Shown in pieces: positions 14,138 to 27,187 of a DNA stretch of 64,000 bases. The translations under genes and the position numbers were made by a program. This DNA comes from the human T2T-CHM13v2.0 reference genome, Homo sapiens. Below the pieces are notes generated by a model. The model was not told the DNA's origin. It made no database searches and was given only the letters and a program-made list of their open reading frames with translations. Positions within the stretch are counted from its first letter, which is position 1, and every line of letters begins with the position of its first letter. Location: assembly GCF_009914755.1 (NCBI RefSeq), contig NC_060932.1. One strand, written 5' to 3'.

Positions 14138-17100
14138 TTTTAAAAATATATTTTCTTAAGTTATGAATACACAATAACTGCACATATATACAGTATGCAA
14201 CTTAATACATTTGACATGTGTACACATCTGTGAAACCATAGTTACAATTGAGATAGTATATAATATACAAATAACAGCTCCATCTCCTCACAAAGATTCC
14301 TTGTGCATCTCTACAATTTCAAATTTTATTTCTTTATTAGAAATATGGCCCTGCAAATTATCTGTCTTCTTGGGTGAGACTCAGAAGTTTGTCAATAATT
14401 CTGTCCATTTCATTGAATTTATTGGCATAAAGTTGTTCACAATATTCACTGGTTAATATTTTGATATCCAAATAGTCTGTAAAGCTGTCACCTCCCTCAC
14501 TCCTAGTGTTAGTAATTGTGTTTTTACTACTGTATGTCTTCTCAGTGTGGCTACAGGTTTTTCAAAATTATTGATCTTCAAAAAACCAACTTATGCTTTC
14601 ATTAAAATCTGTTGATTTCTGAGGTTTTTTCCTTGATTTCTACTCTGATACTTAACACTCTGTTTATTTTGCTTAATTTAGATTTAATTTTTCTTCTTTT
14701 TCTAGGGTTACAGGTGAAAGCTGAGGTCCTTGATTCTTAGAACTTTCTTCTTTCTAATATAGGCATTTTGTGGTATATTTTTCCTTTTCATGTGTAAATT
14801 GGTTTACGTGGTATTTATTTTTTCTCAACTTTTATTTCAGATTCAGGGGATACATGTGCAGGTTTTTTCCATGAGTACATTGTGTGTTACTAGCGTTTGT
14901 TGTACACATGATTTTGTCACCCAGGTAGTGAGCATAGTATCTGATAGGTAGTTTTTTGACCTTCACCCTGCTCCTAACATCTCACTTGAAGTATGCCCCA
15001 GTGTCTACTTTTCCCATCTTTGTGTTCATGTGTACTCAATATTTAGTTCCCATTTATAAATGAGAACTGTGGTATTTGGATTTCTGATCCTATGTTAGTT
15101 CACTTAGGATAATGGCCTTCACCTATATCCATGTTACTGCAAAGGACATGATCTCATTCTTTTTTATGGCTGCATAGTATTCCATGGTGTATATATACCA
15201 TATTTTCTTTATCCAGTTTACCATTGATGGGTATTTAGGTTGATTCCATGTCTTTGCTACTGTAAACAGCACTGTGATAGACATATGTGTGCATGTCTTT
15301 ATGGTAGAATTATTTATATTCCTTTGGGTATATATCTAATAATGGAATTACTGGGTTGAATGATAATTCTGTTTTAGTTTCTTTCAGATATTACCAAACC
15401 ATTTTACACAATAGCTGAAATAATTACATTCCCACCAACAGGGTGCAAGAATTCCCTTTTCTCCACAACCTTTCCAGCATTTGTTATTTTTTGACTTTTT
15501 AATGATAGCCATTCTGACTGATACGAGATGGTATCTCATCGTGGTTTTGATTTGCATTTCTCTAATAGCTGGTGATGTTGAGCATTTTTTCATATGTTTG
15601 CTGCCTGAATGTATGTCTTCTTTTGAGAAGTGTCTGTTCATGTCTTCTGCCCATTTTTAAATGGGGTTGTTTGCTTTTGCTTGTTGAATTGTTTAAGTAC
15701 CTAATAGTTTCTGGATATTAGAACTTTGTCTGAAGCATAGTTTGCAAGTATTTTCTCCCATTTAGTAGGTTTTCTGCCTATTCAGCTGATAATTTCTTTC
15801 TTTCTTTGTCCTGTGCAGAACCTCTTTGGTTTAATTAGGTTACACTTATGTATTTTTGTTTTGTTACAATTGCTTTTGGAGACTTTGACATGAAATTTTT
15901 GCTAAGTCCTATGTTCAGAATGTCATTTCCTAGTTTTTTCTAGGGTTCTTACAATTTAGGGTCTTACATTTAAGTCTTTAATTGATTTTGAGTTGATTTT
16001 TGAATATGGTGAAAGGGCAGGGTCCAGTTTTAGTCTAACTTACATGGCTAGACAGTTATCCCAGCACCATTTATTGAATAGTGAGTCTTTTCCCTACTGC
16101 TTATTTTTGTTGACTTTGTCAAAGAACAGATGGTTGTAGGTGCACAGCTTTATGTCTGGGCTTTCTAGTCTCTTTTGTAGGTATATGTGTCTGTTTTTAT
16201 ATCAGTACCATGCTGTTTTGGTTGCTGTAGGCTTGTAGTTTGAAATCAGGTAGTGTGATACCTTCAGCTTTGTTTTCTTTTGTTTGTTTGTTTGTTTGTT
16301 TTTGCGCTGTTTGTTTTTTTTTTTTTTGCTAATGATGGCTATATTATTTCCCACATTTGTATTGTTTTACCACTTTCTTTGGATTGAGTTTCAGACTCCT
16401 CTTGTATCTCGATGAGTTTTCTTGCCATCCAGATTCTGAATTCTATGTCTGTTGTTCCGGCCATTTCAGTCTGGTTTAGGATCATTGCTGGGGAGCTAAT
16501 GTGGTCATCTAGAGGTAAGAAGACACTCTGGCTTTTAGAGTTGCCAGAATTCTTGTACTAGTTCTTTTTCATCTGTATGGGCTGATAGTCCTTTAATCTT
16601 TGAAGTTGCTGTCCTTTAGGTAGGGCTTTTTGCTTTTGTATTCTATGATACTCTTGAGGATTTGATTGTGGTACATGTTGGGTTTAGTTGATTGGTTTCA
16701 TTTCTGGATGCTTTCAGGGGGACAAAGCTCAGTTCAGCATTGCTGGGCTGTATGCTCTAACCCTGGGGGCACTAGGACCAGGCCTATCACTTTGTTCTGT
16801 GGCACTTTGGGGTCAAACACCTGCTACACTAGAGAGCCTGGGGCATTCCCAGTTCACTGGCGACAACACTCCAATAAGGGCTGCCAGCAAAGCACTGCAG
16901 TAGAATGGCAGGGAGTGCCATACACGTGTGCACTGCAGCAGAGGTAATGGGTCTGTGCTCACCACTGGGGTGGCGGGGGCCACAGATGATTGTGGCCAAT
17001 GGGGTGACAGAAGGGGCTGCACGCATGTGCTCACGGGTTGGCTGTTGGGGGTAGTGTGCACCAGTGGGAGAATGCTGCAGGCAGGTTTGTGCCAGCAGGG

Positions 17101-19052
17101 ATTCATCTGCAAAAGTGCTCTGATAGGAATGTAATAGGCAGTGAGCAAAAGAGCTAGCACCATGGCTGACGGCAAACTTTTTAGTGGGGCAGCTGAGGCT
17201 GGGTGGCAAATGGGTTTGGCCAGGCAGGACCTTGGAAGACACCAGCAGACAGAGGACCATTCAGATCAGACTGACCGCATGGGAAAGACAGCCCTGCTCT
17301 CTGCAGGCCCAGCTGCTAATAAACGCTAAAGCCACCTAGAGGAGGAGTATGGCAAGCCTTAGTTGTGGACACCCATGACAGTGCTCCTCTCCAGCCTTTC
17401 CCACGCCAAACCCTCTGGGCTTCATGCAGACTGGAGTTCTATCTTGTCCATCTCTCCTGGCAGTTTTCCCTGCCAACTCTAATGTCCATGGGGGTCATGG
17501 GGTCTCCTGCAGCTAGGATCCTGGAGGTCTATGGCTAGAGTGGGCTGCTCCATGCTTATTTCACTCACCCTTTCCCTAGAAGCCACTGGGGGCCAGGAAG
17601 GAGTCTGGTGCTTGGCAACCTAACTTCCTCCCCTTTCAGCCTCCGGGTCTACATCCTCCCTATATCCACTCCCAACACCTGCTTTCTGAAGATCTATTCA
17701 GAGTCTGCTGGTGTACCTGATGGCATGGTCTCTCTCAGTGGGAGAAGCTCTTCCTGGCTGTGTCTGTCAGCCATCTTGGCTATTTCCTTGTATATTTTCT
17801 TATAGCTACTATTTTAGTTGCATCTCCAAGTTTTAATATGTTGCATTTTCATTTTAATTTATTTTAAAGTATTTTAAAATTATCTTTTGAGTTTTTTATT
17901 TGACTTCTGGATTTTCATAAATATGTTATTTTCCGAATATATTTGGGAAATTTTCAGAGAACTTTGTTACTGATTTCTAAATTAATTATATTGTGGTCTA
18001 AGGATATACTTTGTATGATTTTTACAAATATACTGAGGTTTGTTTTATGGTATATAATACAGTATTGATAAATGTTCCACATACAATCAAAAAGAATGTA
18101 TATTCTGCTCTTTTTTGAGGTGATTGTTTTATAAATATCAATGAGATTAAATTCAAGCCTTCTATAACCTTACTGTTTTTCTATTTTTCTATCAATTCTT
18201 GAAAAATGATGTTGAAATTTGACTACACTTGCATATTTTTTCCGTTTCTCTCTGCAGTTTTATTAGTATTTACTTCTTCGCGTAGTAATTTTTTATTGGG
18301 TGCCAGTTATTTTAATTTTACCTTGGTGGCTGCTGAACATGTTTATATCATCATACATAGTGTGAACTTTGTTCCAAAATTAGTTAAGTTTATTGGAAAC
18401 ACACTGATACTTTCAAATCTTGCTTTTAGATATTGTTAGGCAGGATCAGCACAGCATTTAGTCTATGGCACATTTTTTTCCTAATGCATAGGTAAAACTC
18501 ATATGTGGTCTATCCTATTTCCTGTGAATTATAAGGTTTCTACTCTGCTTTTTAGAAACAAGAACTATTCCCAGGTCTGTGTGAGCTCCAGATATTGTTC
18601 CCTCTAATCTTTTTAGGTGCTTCAGTTTCCGGTCCATGATAGTTTCTTCACATGTGAGCAATGATAAATACTCATTAATAATTCAACAGATTCTTTTTGA
18701 AAATCTCTGGTGCTCTCTCTCCCTCTCTGCATTTTTCTCCTCTACAATAATTTTCTCTGGGAACTCTGACCCACGTAAGTTCCTTTGACTGTCTCCTCAG
18801 TTATGTCTCCTCAATTAAGGAAACTGTCTGGATTCCCTCGTCCCATTCTTTATCATAGAAATTTTCTCTCTTCTGTATACTAGAGAAATCATAGTTTTTA
18901 ACTTTATTTGTTCCTCGTTTCCAAGGTTTACTGTTTGTCTTTGCCTGATGTTCAATATCTGCAAAACAATTATTTTGCATATGTTGTCTCTTTTTTAGAT
19001 GTTTCCAGCAGGTATTTAAATCTATACTTGTTAATCCATATTTAACAGAAAC
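14138..19052 (-). mobile_element. Old L1M (L1MC/L1MD-like), internally deleted and split by an L1PA insertion
   Basis: 3' UTR-like 14140-14330; ORF2 remnants 14330-14781 resuming at 17790; L1M 5' UTR-like 18440-19052. Confidence 0.6.
14813..17787 (-). mobile_element. L1PA15/16-like LINE-1 with large internal deletion
   Basis: 3' UTR caacttttatttcagattcagggga...cacccaggtagtgagcatagt; ORF2 C-terminal remnant [10 protein letters not shown] (15384-15641); jump at about 16280-16350 to ORF1 start and 5' UTR ending gccatcttggct. Confidence 0.8.
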
Positions 19053-19114
19053 CTACGCCAAAATGTATTTATTCTAATTTTAATTTTTTTCTATAGTAAT
19101 TTGGATTGACATAT

Positions 19115-19400
19115 AATTAAATACCTATTTGATATTCTTACTTGGCGTATCTCATTTTCCATATCTAAAGCTGAACTCTTGTTCATTCTACTAAAGTTTT
19201 TCTTCTGCAGCCTTCCTCATCTCAATAAATTCTGCATAATATTTATAATTTCATAAACCAGTAAACTGGCAGTCTTCAAAGATTTCTTCTCTCTTTAGCC
19301 AATCTAATCAAGCACCAAAAATATTTCTTGACCATCTCCTGAATTTACAACCATCATTCCAGCTCCATTCTCTACCCTATTCCTAGTTATTATCCTTTTC
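19115..19400 (+). mobile_element. L2 fragment
   Basis: catatctaaagctgaactcttg...cagccttcctcatctcaataaat typical of L2. Confidence 0.55.
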
Positions 19401-20664
19401 CATATCTACTTCAAACTTCTCCAAAGTTAAAAGAAACAATAAACAAACAAACAACAAAAATAAATGAGAGAATTCTTCTAAAGACAGTTGTATACACTGC
19501 TGGGAGAAACTAAATATAAGCAGCTCTTTATATCTTATTTTAATCAATGAACCACAATATAATGTACCTACTTATAATTTATTAAAAATTTAATTCCTAT
19601 TTTAAATTTCTTTTTGAATTCTTATTTTAACTTATTTATTTAAATAAAAATTCCCATTTTAAATTTATTATTGAAATATATAGTGTAAGTAATTTTTTAA
19701 AAATGGTTTGAGGGACTACTACAAACGCATGCATATGGCAAGATTGTTAAAATGGAAACAAGGAAGCAAAAGTTATGGACAAAAGGAAGGGAGATATACT
19801 AACCACCTTAGCTGACCTAGCTGATCTGTCGTAGCATTAAATTTAGCTTAGAGATTTTTGGGCATCCCAAAAGCAATAGAAGTGGATTAATTATCATTGA
19901 TTTGATAAATCAATTCTTCAAGTATCAATTTTTCCTACCAAGAAGAAAATATTGAAGTACATAATTGACAATATTATGCAACATATTTGTTTTTCTCTTT
20001 TACTCAGTATCTAAGGCATTTTCCCTATATTGCCATTTTAAAAATCAATCTCCAAAAGGCAACATTTTTATATTGAAAAATTAAAAGATTTATATAGCTA
20101 TATCTCAATATATATCTGCACATATCTATATGCCAAATATTAAAACATAGCTATATAAATATTTAAATTATGTATATATTTATTCCTATATCTATCTACC
20201 TATCTATCCATCTGATCCATGTGATTTTTTTGTCTTTGCTATGCAGATATTTTCCCATAAATGATGGAAGAATAAGAGTTTTTGAAGTTTATGTTTGTAA
20301 ATTACCATGGTTCTAACTTTATATGAGGATAGAGCATATCTTAAAATATATGCTAAAGAGGGAATAATATATTTCATATATCCTTCTCTTTTTTTTTTTT
20401 TGGCTAGCATTTTGACAGTAACTAAATATTGTCACCAGTTTAAGACACCAAACATAACAGATTATTTTGGACTGGAAAAATTTCAAACCAGCATTATCAG
20501 TCAGCAATCCTGACAAAGAAAGCCCCTCAAGTCATCATTGTTTGTAATAGCAATGACACCAGTGTTAACTCCTATGGAAGGACAAATTGCTTGCCTAACT
20601 TTGAATTGCACTGCCTTTTTCTTGACCCTTAAGTTCACTAAATATATTCCAAACTAATTTTAAT

Positions 20665-21365
20665 AACCTGATCTGGAGTTGCTAATTACATAATTCATTA
20701 TAATATCTCTCTAACTGATTTCAGCACATTGGTTTTACAATACCCTAATCCATCCTCCTCTCTGTAGCCAGACTGAACTTTCAAAATGTAAATCTGCCCA
20801 GTAATTCCTCTTAATAAAATCCTTGGATGACTTTATTTTTCCTAATGACAATGTCTAAAATTCTTAACAAGGTTTATAATGCCTTCTAGGATTTTGCCCT
20901 GCCTATCATCTTAGCTTCAATATATGTCCAATTTCCTCATTGCTCTCTCTGCTCCAACCACACTGAACTTTCATTCCCAAGTGTTTCTTGAATACTTGAT
21001 TCTGGATCTTTGTACAAGGAATTTTTTATTCCTGAAACACTGATATATCCTCTCTTTCCCCACTGCCAACTTATTCTTCAGATGTCAGTTCATACACCAC
21101 GATCTCTGGGAAACATTTGCGAATGTCTCTGCTCCCCTAGACTAGATTACGTCTCTCCACTACTTTCCATGACACATAGTACTCTGCCTTTTATATCTCT
21201 TTCACATGCATAAGTTGTGTTTAATGTATGACTTCCCTTTTGAATTTTAAATTGTGTGAGGCAAGGACAAGGTCTGTCTCTATCTTTGTTATATGCCAGT
21301 GTTTGGATTATTACCTGAAAATTAACCATTGCACAAAACTATTTGCTGAATAAATAAATGAAGGA
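20665..21365 (+). mobile_element. L2 3' end
   Basis: tgtagccagactgaactttcaaaatgtaaatctg...tgaggcaaggac...tatttgctgaataaataaatg terminal repeat. Confidence 0.75.
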
Positions 21366-21700
<335 letters not shown>

Positions 21701-23754
21701 AATAAATAAATGAAGGAATGAACAGACAGTAAAGCGTCTTTTTTTTTTTTTTTTGGTTGATTTAAAACATCTAACATGTAGGTAGAAGCTATTGTTTGAC
21801 TTCTGAACCTGACATGTAGTTATTGTAAACTTTTGAGCACAAGAAAAAGATAAATAGTGTGATTATATGAAGAATAATTAAGATTTCCAACAGAATGGTG
21901 TTCGTTTTTTTTTCACAGAGAAATGCAGCTTATCAACTTTTTTGTGTGTAGTAGAAGCAGCTTCTTCAAATGTCTAAGTACAAAAGATGTAGAAAACCTT
22001 CAATAAAATTAGTTCAAAGCATCTGTGTATTTCAGTAATCTGTGATTATTGTGTTTATGGCTGCTGAGTGTGTTCAGGAAGTGAGATTACAGGTGACTTT
22101 TGAAGTGTTTTGAGAACTTACTTATACCCTTTTTTGTGTGGCTATTGTTAACCACTCAGATCTTATGAACCGAGTTTGTGATGGATGCTAAGGAAGTGCT
22201 CTTTGATGAAGTACCTTGCCTAAGGATTTTCATAATTTTCAAGTTTGGCATCGGAACTATAAACATGTAGATAAAATAAGCGTGTTTTATGACCCAACCC
22301 CCCTTTAAAAACTGTGCAGTTGGCAGACAAGCCTATTATTTTCTTCAATTTTCTTCTGCTGAAATGAAAGGAAATATGCTACTATAGTATTCTGGTGGGT
22401 ATACCATGTCCTTTAATTCCTCTCTCTCTACAAGAAAAAAGCCCAGCTATCCTCCCCAAACAACAAAAGGAAGCATGTAAAAAAATTAGTAATCTATTTT
22501 CTAATTATAAGAGGTTTTTTAAGCTTGAAAAGAAGAGTTAAATTTGTTGGCATTAACCTTTCAATTTTCAATGGTGTATAGGAATAGCAGAGAGAACCAA
22601 AAGCGTGCTGTGCCTCTGATGTGTGCACTCCGCGAATGACCAAACCCAATTTCTGGAAAAACTGATAATGATCAGCATTTGTCATATGAATCTGGATGAT
22701 CAAATAAAATCAATTGTTATTCTGTTCATTCATCCTTGACTGATTAGGGAATTCAAATGGAAAGTCAGACAGAAGGTGATGTGCATATTAATGATTAATT
22801 ATTCAAGAAATACTTCAAGTACACACTGTATTCCAGGAAAAGAATTTTACAGTAGGTTGCTTGAAAACATGCAGGAAAAAGGGATACATAGAAAAAAATG
22901 ATATTTGAGAAGAAAGTCACATTTTTAACAGTTTTAAATAATTTCATAACAGCCACAATGCTGCTTCTAAAACTATTAAGAAGGTCCAAGAGCTTGCCTG
23001 TGTGCATCCTTTAATTAAAATGAACTTTTCAGGTGGATTTTTCTATCCCATTAATCTGTGGCTCATAGAACATTTGGTCAAATGTCACATACTTGCTAAG
23101 GTCCAGGGATTTTAGCTGTACAATTTCTGAATATGTTCATGTACCCCCAAACATATGCTATCAAATTTCAGCAAGTTTTTTGGATCCTTGAGGAACTCAC
23201 ATGGCTGGGTGTGCAGGATACATTTTCTAGGGACATATATATCCAAACGTAGGAGACTCCCAGTTGTTCTGTTCCCAGCTGATGACCTAAATTTTCATTT
23301 CTACCATTATTTTTCCAGGTTGTAAATCTGAGCTGATTCCTCCATGCCATCTGATTCAAGCTCATAATTTTACCATTCTCTGTGTGCCTTATTCCATATT
23401 CTTTTTTGTCCATTACTACCCTCTTTCGCTCCGAGTTCAATGTCTTATATATTTTTAATCCAGCTTCATTAATGGGTCTATTTTCTTACTGTTTCTTTTG
23501 TGTAATAACTTGATCTTAACTCAGAGGTAGACTTACCCTGAAGGTAATGACGCTTAAGCTTTAGGCTTGCCATTTAATTTGCATGTGTCACTTTGAAGGC
23601 CCTTAAAGAGGCTCTAGAAATATATTCACATGCTTGTAAGTTTCTGTAATATTTGTAAGAGTAAGACATTTTCACTATAGTCATGTGTTTTTCCTTTGCC
23701 TGCTGTGTTAGTCAGGATTCTCCAGAGGTACAGAACCAATAGGAGGTACATATG

Positions 23755-23904
23755 TAGATATAGATACATGTACCTATATCTAAATAGATATAGATACATG
23801 TACCTATATCTATTTAGATATAGGTACATGTACCTATATCTATTTAGATATAGGTACATGTACCTATATCTATTTAGATATAGGTACATGTATCTATATC
23901 TATT
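23755..23904. repeat. Palindromic minisatellite, 5 x 30 bp
   Basis: Unit tagatatag(g/a)tacatgta(c/t)ctatatcta plus tt or aa, starting at 23755, 23785, 23815, 23845, 23875. Confidence 0.95.
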
Positions 23905-23964
23905 TAGATATAGATATAGATACATATATGTGTATCTGTATGAAAGATATATATATGTATCTAA

Positions 23965-24023
23965 TGAAAGCTAATTCTCCTTAATAAACTCTGTTATAGT
24001 TTATTAAGGAGAATTAGCTTTCA
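23965..24023. repeat. Perfect inverted repeat, 26-bp arms, 7-nt loop
   Basis: tgaaagctaattctccttaataaact-ctgttat-agtttattaaggagaattagctttca. Confidence 0.95.
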
Positions 24024-25444
24024 CTATTATACAGCAAAGCCCTACCATGTGCCATCTGTAAGCTGGGGAAAGAAAAAGCCAGTAGTGGCTCAGTCCAAAT
24101 CTGAAAACCTCAAAACCAGGAAAGCCAACAGTGTAGACTTCAGTCTATAGCAGAAGGCCCAAGAGTCCCCAGGAAGATGCTGGTGCAAGTCCCAGAGTCC
24201 AAAGGCCAAGGACTGGGAATCTGAGGTTCAAGGGCAGGAGAAGTGGAAGGAAGCATCAGGCATGCAAAGACAGAGAGAACTAGGGGAATCAGCAAGCAAA
24301 ATTATCCCCATTCTTCCACCAGCTTTGTTCTAGCTGCACTGGCAGCAGATAGGATGGTGCCCACCCAAATTGAGGGTGGGTCTTCCTCTCCCATTCCACC
24401 AACTCAAATGTCAGTCTTCTCTGGTAACATCTTCAGAGACACCCCCAGAAACAATACATTGCCAGCCATCTAGGCATTGCTCGATGCAGTCAAGTTGACA
24501 CCTAATATTAACCATCACACCTGTCAACTTTTTTTCTTATACTCAGTTTTCATGGCACCTGGTGTTGGAGTTGGGTTGAGCATTTTAAGGATCCAGTTTA
24601 GGGAAAGTTAAGTTAGAGATACATTTCATTTGAGTCTAGTGGGATATAAATTTTAGTTCTTAGTCATTGCTGTATGTGCAATTATTGTTAGCTGTGCTAG
24701 TGTAGAAATGCCTATCAAGAAACACCCCGACTGCCCACTGTGTGGACCCAGCAGCATCTTGACACGAAGTAACAGGGCTTATAGCTACCTGGCACCAGAA
24801 GCGTTTGGGCACAGAAGTGGCATATACTTTTAAAAGTGGAGAGAGAATCAAAATCTGTGGAAAACCTTTCTAAATCTCCTAGCGCATATATGAAAGAAAT
24901 TCAGATAGAGATTTTCCTAAATTTGACAAGAATTCTAAAAATTTATATAACATTACCAATAATTGGTTGTGAATCTAAAGGAAATATTTCTATGTTATTG
25001 AGAATAATTTTAAAAAATATATCAACCAAGGTAGAGGGAAGAGTCTGTTCTATCAAAATGATAAAAAATTGTTGTCATACAAAGGGGTGAAAATATTTTT
25101 AAGTGCAATTTAAAAAGTAAGAAAAATAAGTAGAATGGAGTGACATAGACAACTAATTCATAAAACTATAATTTTTTTCTAGATTTGATGATGTTTTAAA
25201 ATTATCCAGCTTTTCAAACTTTGTGATTTGTTGTACTTTCTTCTTTTTCTAAATAATTATTCACATTTGCACCAAATTTGTAATTTATAAATTTGTATTC
25301 TTTTTAATTTATTGTATGTCAGATCCAATAAACCTGGAACATCTCCTGCCCTAACTCAATTAGCCCCAATAACTCAAAATAAGTGGAAATCACTATAATA
25401 AAAATTTGATTTAATGTAGGGGCTAAAGTGGATGGAAATCTACG

Positions 25445-25605
25445 CTCTGGAATGAGACTCCCTGAGATAAAAATTCTTGCTCCACAATTTATTATTCTGT
25501 GACCTTGGGCAAGTTTCTCAGCATATCTAAACCTCAGCTTTCTCATTTAAAAAGGAGACTGGATTAGAAAGCGTAATTCCTTGATGCTCTTTATAACTGT
25601 GTGAT
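25445..25605 (+). mobile_element. MIR
   Basis: ctgtgaccttgggcaagtttctcagcatatctaaacctcagctttctcatttaaaaa MIR core. Confidence 0.8.
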
Positions 25606-26903
25606 AGTAACATGAAACATAGTGAGTAACCAACTAATTAAAATTAGTATGCATGTTGAAAACCTTGGATTCCCTGTAATTTCACATCAGCCCTATGGAT
25701 TCCTAATTGTTCTTTCAGGTATGTGTAGAGTAAGAAGAAGTCTAGTGTGGCAACTGACCTACCTGTCCATTCTTTTAACTAGCATAGTCCCGCTTTTATT
25801 AACTTCATTTACACTCTAAGCTTTAGTTTGAACAAGGTGCTCTGTGTCTGTATATGTGTGTTCATATGTGTATTTGAATACAACTGCCCTTGCCCAATCC
25901 TTCTATCACAAGAATCATGTGATAACATTAGTGAAAATATTACAAACAGAAAATAAGTGGTAATCGCTTCTCTATTTGACTTCAATCTTATATGTAGGAA
26001 GGATGGAAGGATATGTTTTTATTTAAAATAAAACAAAATAACCACAGAAAATTCTTCCTTCTAGATCAGAGATTAAGCATTCAATGAAAATAGAAAATTA
26101 ACAAGAAGTGATTGAGAGAAACATAAGCTTCCCCAAATTCTCAGGGATATTAAAGGATTATCAAGTTTCCCATAGCATATGGGACTGAGCCTCATGTTAA
26201 TATTTGGTTATTTATATTTGACCAATATTAAAAGAATGTGTAAACTCAAACAGCAGGAGGACTTGGATAAAGAGCTAACACTGGCATTTTATGTATAGCT
26301 CCCCAAAGACTTGCTTTATTGATTTAGTATTTTTAATTGTACTTTTTAATTAGAAAAAAATCACATTTTAATAATTGCTACTCATAATTGCCAGACAGAA
26401 TAATCTTAGTCCGTCTTTAATTTGACAGCTTTTCAAATGAATGAATCAGTTTCATCCCCAAATAAATTCACTTCCAATTAAAAGTTGATTGTTTTATGAC
26501 AGGACATAGAGATATTTTCTTTGATTCTTACATGTCATTGAGAAGTAACAATAATCAGCATCTCTGAAATTTCCTTTCACTTATAGAGACCCAAGCCTTC
26601 TGGCAATTTTCCATGAATGAAGTCTTTCTTGTAATCAGGATATTCCTGTTTTATTAATTTTTTTCTTTTATATTTGTCTGCGTAAGAACAGGGAACTGTC
26701 TTAACAGAATTTCTAATACCTAGGTGGTCAGATATTCCTTCAAATTAAACAAATTTGATGTCTTAAAACTAAGTGTAACAAATAAATAAATAAATAAAGA
26801 GAATGTTCAGCTCCTTTGCTAAGCTATACCCAGTAATTTAGAATAAGAGTTTAACGGATAAAATAAAATAAGCAATAGTTACTATTTCATGTATATCCTA
26901 GTG

Positions 26904-27187
26904 CAGGGGTCCCTAACCCTGGGCCATAGACTGATACAGTGTCTCCTAAGGAACAGGGCCACACAGCAGGAGGTGAATACCAGCAAGGGAGGGAAGCTGA
27001 GCTCCGCCTCCTGTCAAGTCGGCAAATTAGATTTTCATGGGAGCATGAGCCTTATTGTGAACTGCTTACATAAGGGATCTAGGCTATGTGTGCCTTATGA
27101 GAATCTAATGATTAATGCGCTTGAATCATCCCAAAAAATGGTCTCCACTAAACCAGTCCCTAGTACCAAAATGGTTGGGGAACAATG
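26904..27187 (+). mobile_element. MER1B-like hAT-Charlie DNA transposon
   Basis: caggggtccctaaccc...ggttggggaacaatg ends; 8-bp TSD tcctagtg/gcctagtg. Confidence 0.85.

Larger units (their letters stand above)
23704..24519 (-). mobile_element. MLT2B-like ERVL solo LTR
   Basis: Ends tgtgttagtcaggattctccagag and caagttgacacctaatattaaccatcaca; 5-bp TSD cctgc/cctgt. Confidence 0.9.
23522..25348 (+). mobile_element. Zaphod/MER115 hAT-Tip100 DNA transposon with transposase remnant, split by an MLT2 LTR
   Basis: Left end cagaggtagacttaccctgaaggtaatgacgcttaagct, right end aaacctggaacatctcctg; degenerate 8-bp TSD tcttaact/ccctaact; ORF 24836-25090 has IFLNLTRILKIYITLPIIGCESKGNIS resembling the hAT C-terminal dimerisation motif. 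Confidence 0.8.

Noticed and set aside
16666-17329. Cluster of overlapping ORFs in a GC-richer stretch suggesting a gene or CpG island
   Set aside because: It lies in the 5' UTR of the L1PA15/16 element, is CpG-depleted, and gives no recognisable protein
19670-19795. Possible Charlie4-like hAT end
   Set aside because: Only a weak resemblance (gcatatggcaagattgttaaaatgg); not enough to call
23626-23974. Overlapping ORFs on both strands encoding nearly the same YRYMYLYL repeat peptide; CRISPR-like regular 30-bp repeats
   Set aside because: Consequence of a stop-free palindromic minisatellite; there are no unique spacers or cas genes and the context is a primate LTR
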